64,000 nt of DNA from a virus (Duplodnaviria > Caudoviricetes), in the IMG/VR virus record IMGVR_UViG_2744054895_000001, positions 30,790-94,789 of that record; one strand, written 5' to 3'. This document shows positions 63,371-64,000 of the stretch, one piece after another. The notes beneath the pieces are model-generated. The model was not told the origin of the DNA. It ran no database searches and saw only the letters and a program-made list of their open reading frames with translations. Each line of letters begins with the position of its first letter. The stretch's first letter is position 1. Both the position numbers and the translations under genes were made by a program.

Positions 63371-64000
63371 ATGATCAGCACCGGCAAGCCCGAGGTCAAC
63401 CCGGCTACCTTCGTGCTCGCGGAGGATGACGGGGTGGTCACGGTACAGGTGTCCGTCACCTACCCGATGGATGGTGAGGCCATCGTCGCCAAGCTCTACG
63501 CGGCGTACAGCAAGCCGTTCGAGAACGGCACGCCCCTCCCCGAGCAGTTGACCATGCAGGACGTCATGCGCACGCTCGCGCAGGAGTCCGCCAACTGCGC
63601 GGACGGCTGGCACTTCTGGGAGTCCGAGCCAGGCCAGGCGGCGTGGGACGCGGTTCATCCGTGGGCGGAGGCTCAGGTCCGTCGTCTCTTTCCCATGCTG
63701 ACGTGGCCAGAGGAGCAGTGGTCCGAGTATGCCGAGGTCGGCCGGATGGTCGAGCATCTCCGGCAGATGGGGATCCCCGCCGAGGAGATCAGCACAGGTG
63801 GCGGCTGCTGGGCCGCGCGTGTGGCGCTTTGCCAGGGGCACGATCTGAACCTGACCATCGCGTCCGGTGAGGACTGGTGTTGGCAGATCTACCGCGAGGG
63901 CGAGCAGAGCATGGCCGGCTACTGGCCGGGGTCTGACATTCCGCGTGCCGCCCGGCGCACCAAGAAGCTCATCAAGGGGCTCGGCAACGTGGTTGCCTGA
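63371..64000 (+). CDS. hypothetical protein
   Basis: ATG 63371 after GAGAGGAGAGAG; stop at window end. Confidence 0.72.
   Translation: MISTGKPEVNPATFVLAEDDGVVTVQVSVTYPMDGEAIVAKLYAAYSKPFENGTPLPEQLTMQDVMRTLAQESANCADGWHFWESEPGQAAWDAVHPWAEAQVRRLFPMLTWPEEQWSEYAEVGRMVEHLRQMGIPAEEISTGGGCWAARVALCQGHDLNLTIASGEDWCWQIYREGEQSMAGYWPGSDIPRAARRTKKLIKGLGNVVA

Overview
The window is a high-GC bacteriophage or prophage segment, probably from Streptomyces (inferred from DUF397/DUF5999/XRE-DUF5753 genes and an rrn-type boxA). No host genes or att sites are visible. From left to right it contains: (1) a minus-strand replication module at 1-5.9 kb (primase, DnaB, PP-loop enzyme, DnaC-like loader, initiator); (2) a complete minus-strand contractile-tail virion module at 6-35.9 kb, with the terminase at 44-45.5 kb; (3) an accessory island at 36-43.4 kb with a precursor peptide, a HExxH enzyme, a pentapeptide-repeat protein and an XRE/DUF397 module; (4) small genes, a MazG-like gene, a DEDDh exonuclease, a tyrosine recombinase and an Lsr2-like gene at 46-55 kb; (5) a non-coding switch region at 54.8-57 kb; (6) a plus-strand early-gene array at 57-64 kb. 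The main finding is the RNA-based architecture of that array. A promoter with a palindromic operator is followed by a mimic of the host rRNA-operon leader/boxA antiterminator and a ~650-nt structured leader. Ten genes follow (including ardA), and each of the nine junctions holds a self-cleaving ribozyme (2 pistol, 7 type II hammerhead). Every gene is preceded by a GUGGU(G/U)-loop hairpin and a GAGAGGAGAG ribosome-binding site. In addition, the major capsid and tail tube genes are each split by an ORF-less group I intron, and the tail chaperone appears to use a +1 frameshift. All family assignments come from motif recognition by eye, not from database searches.
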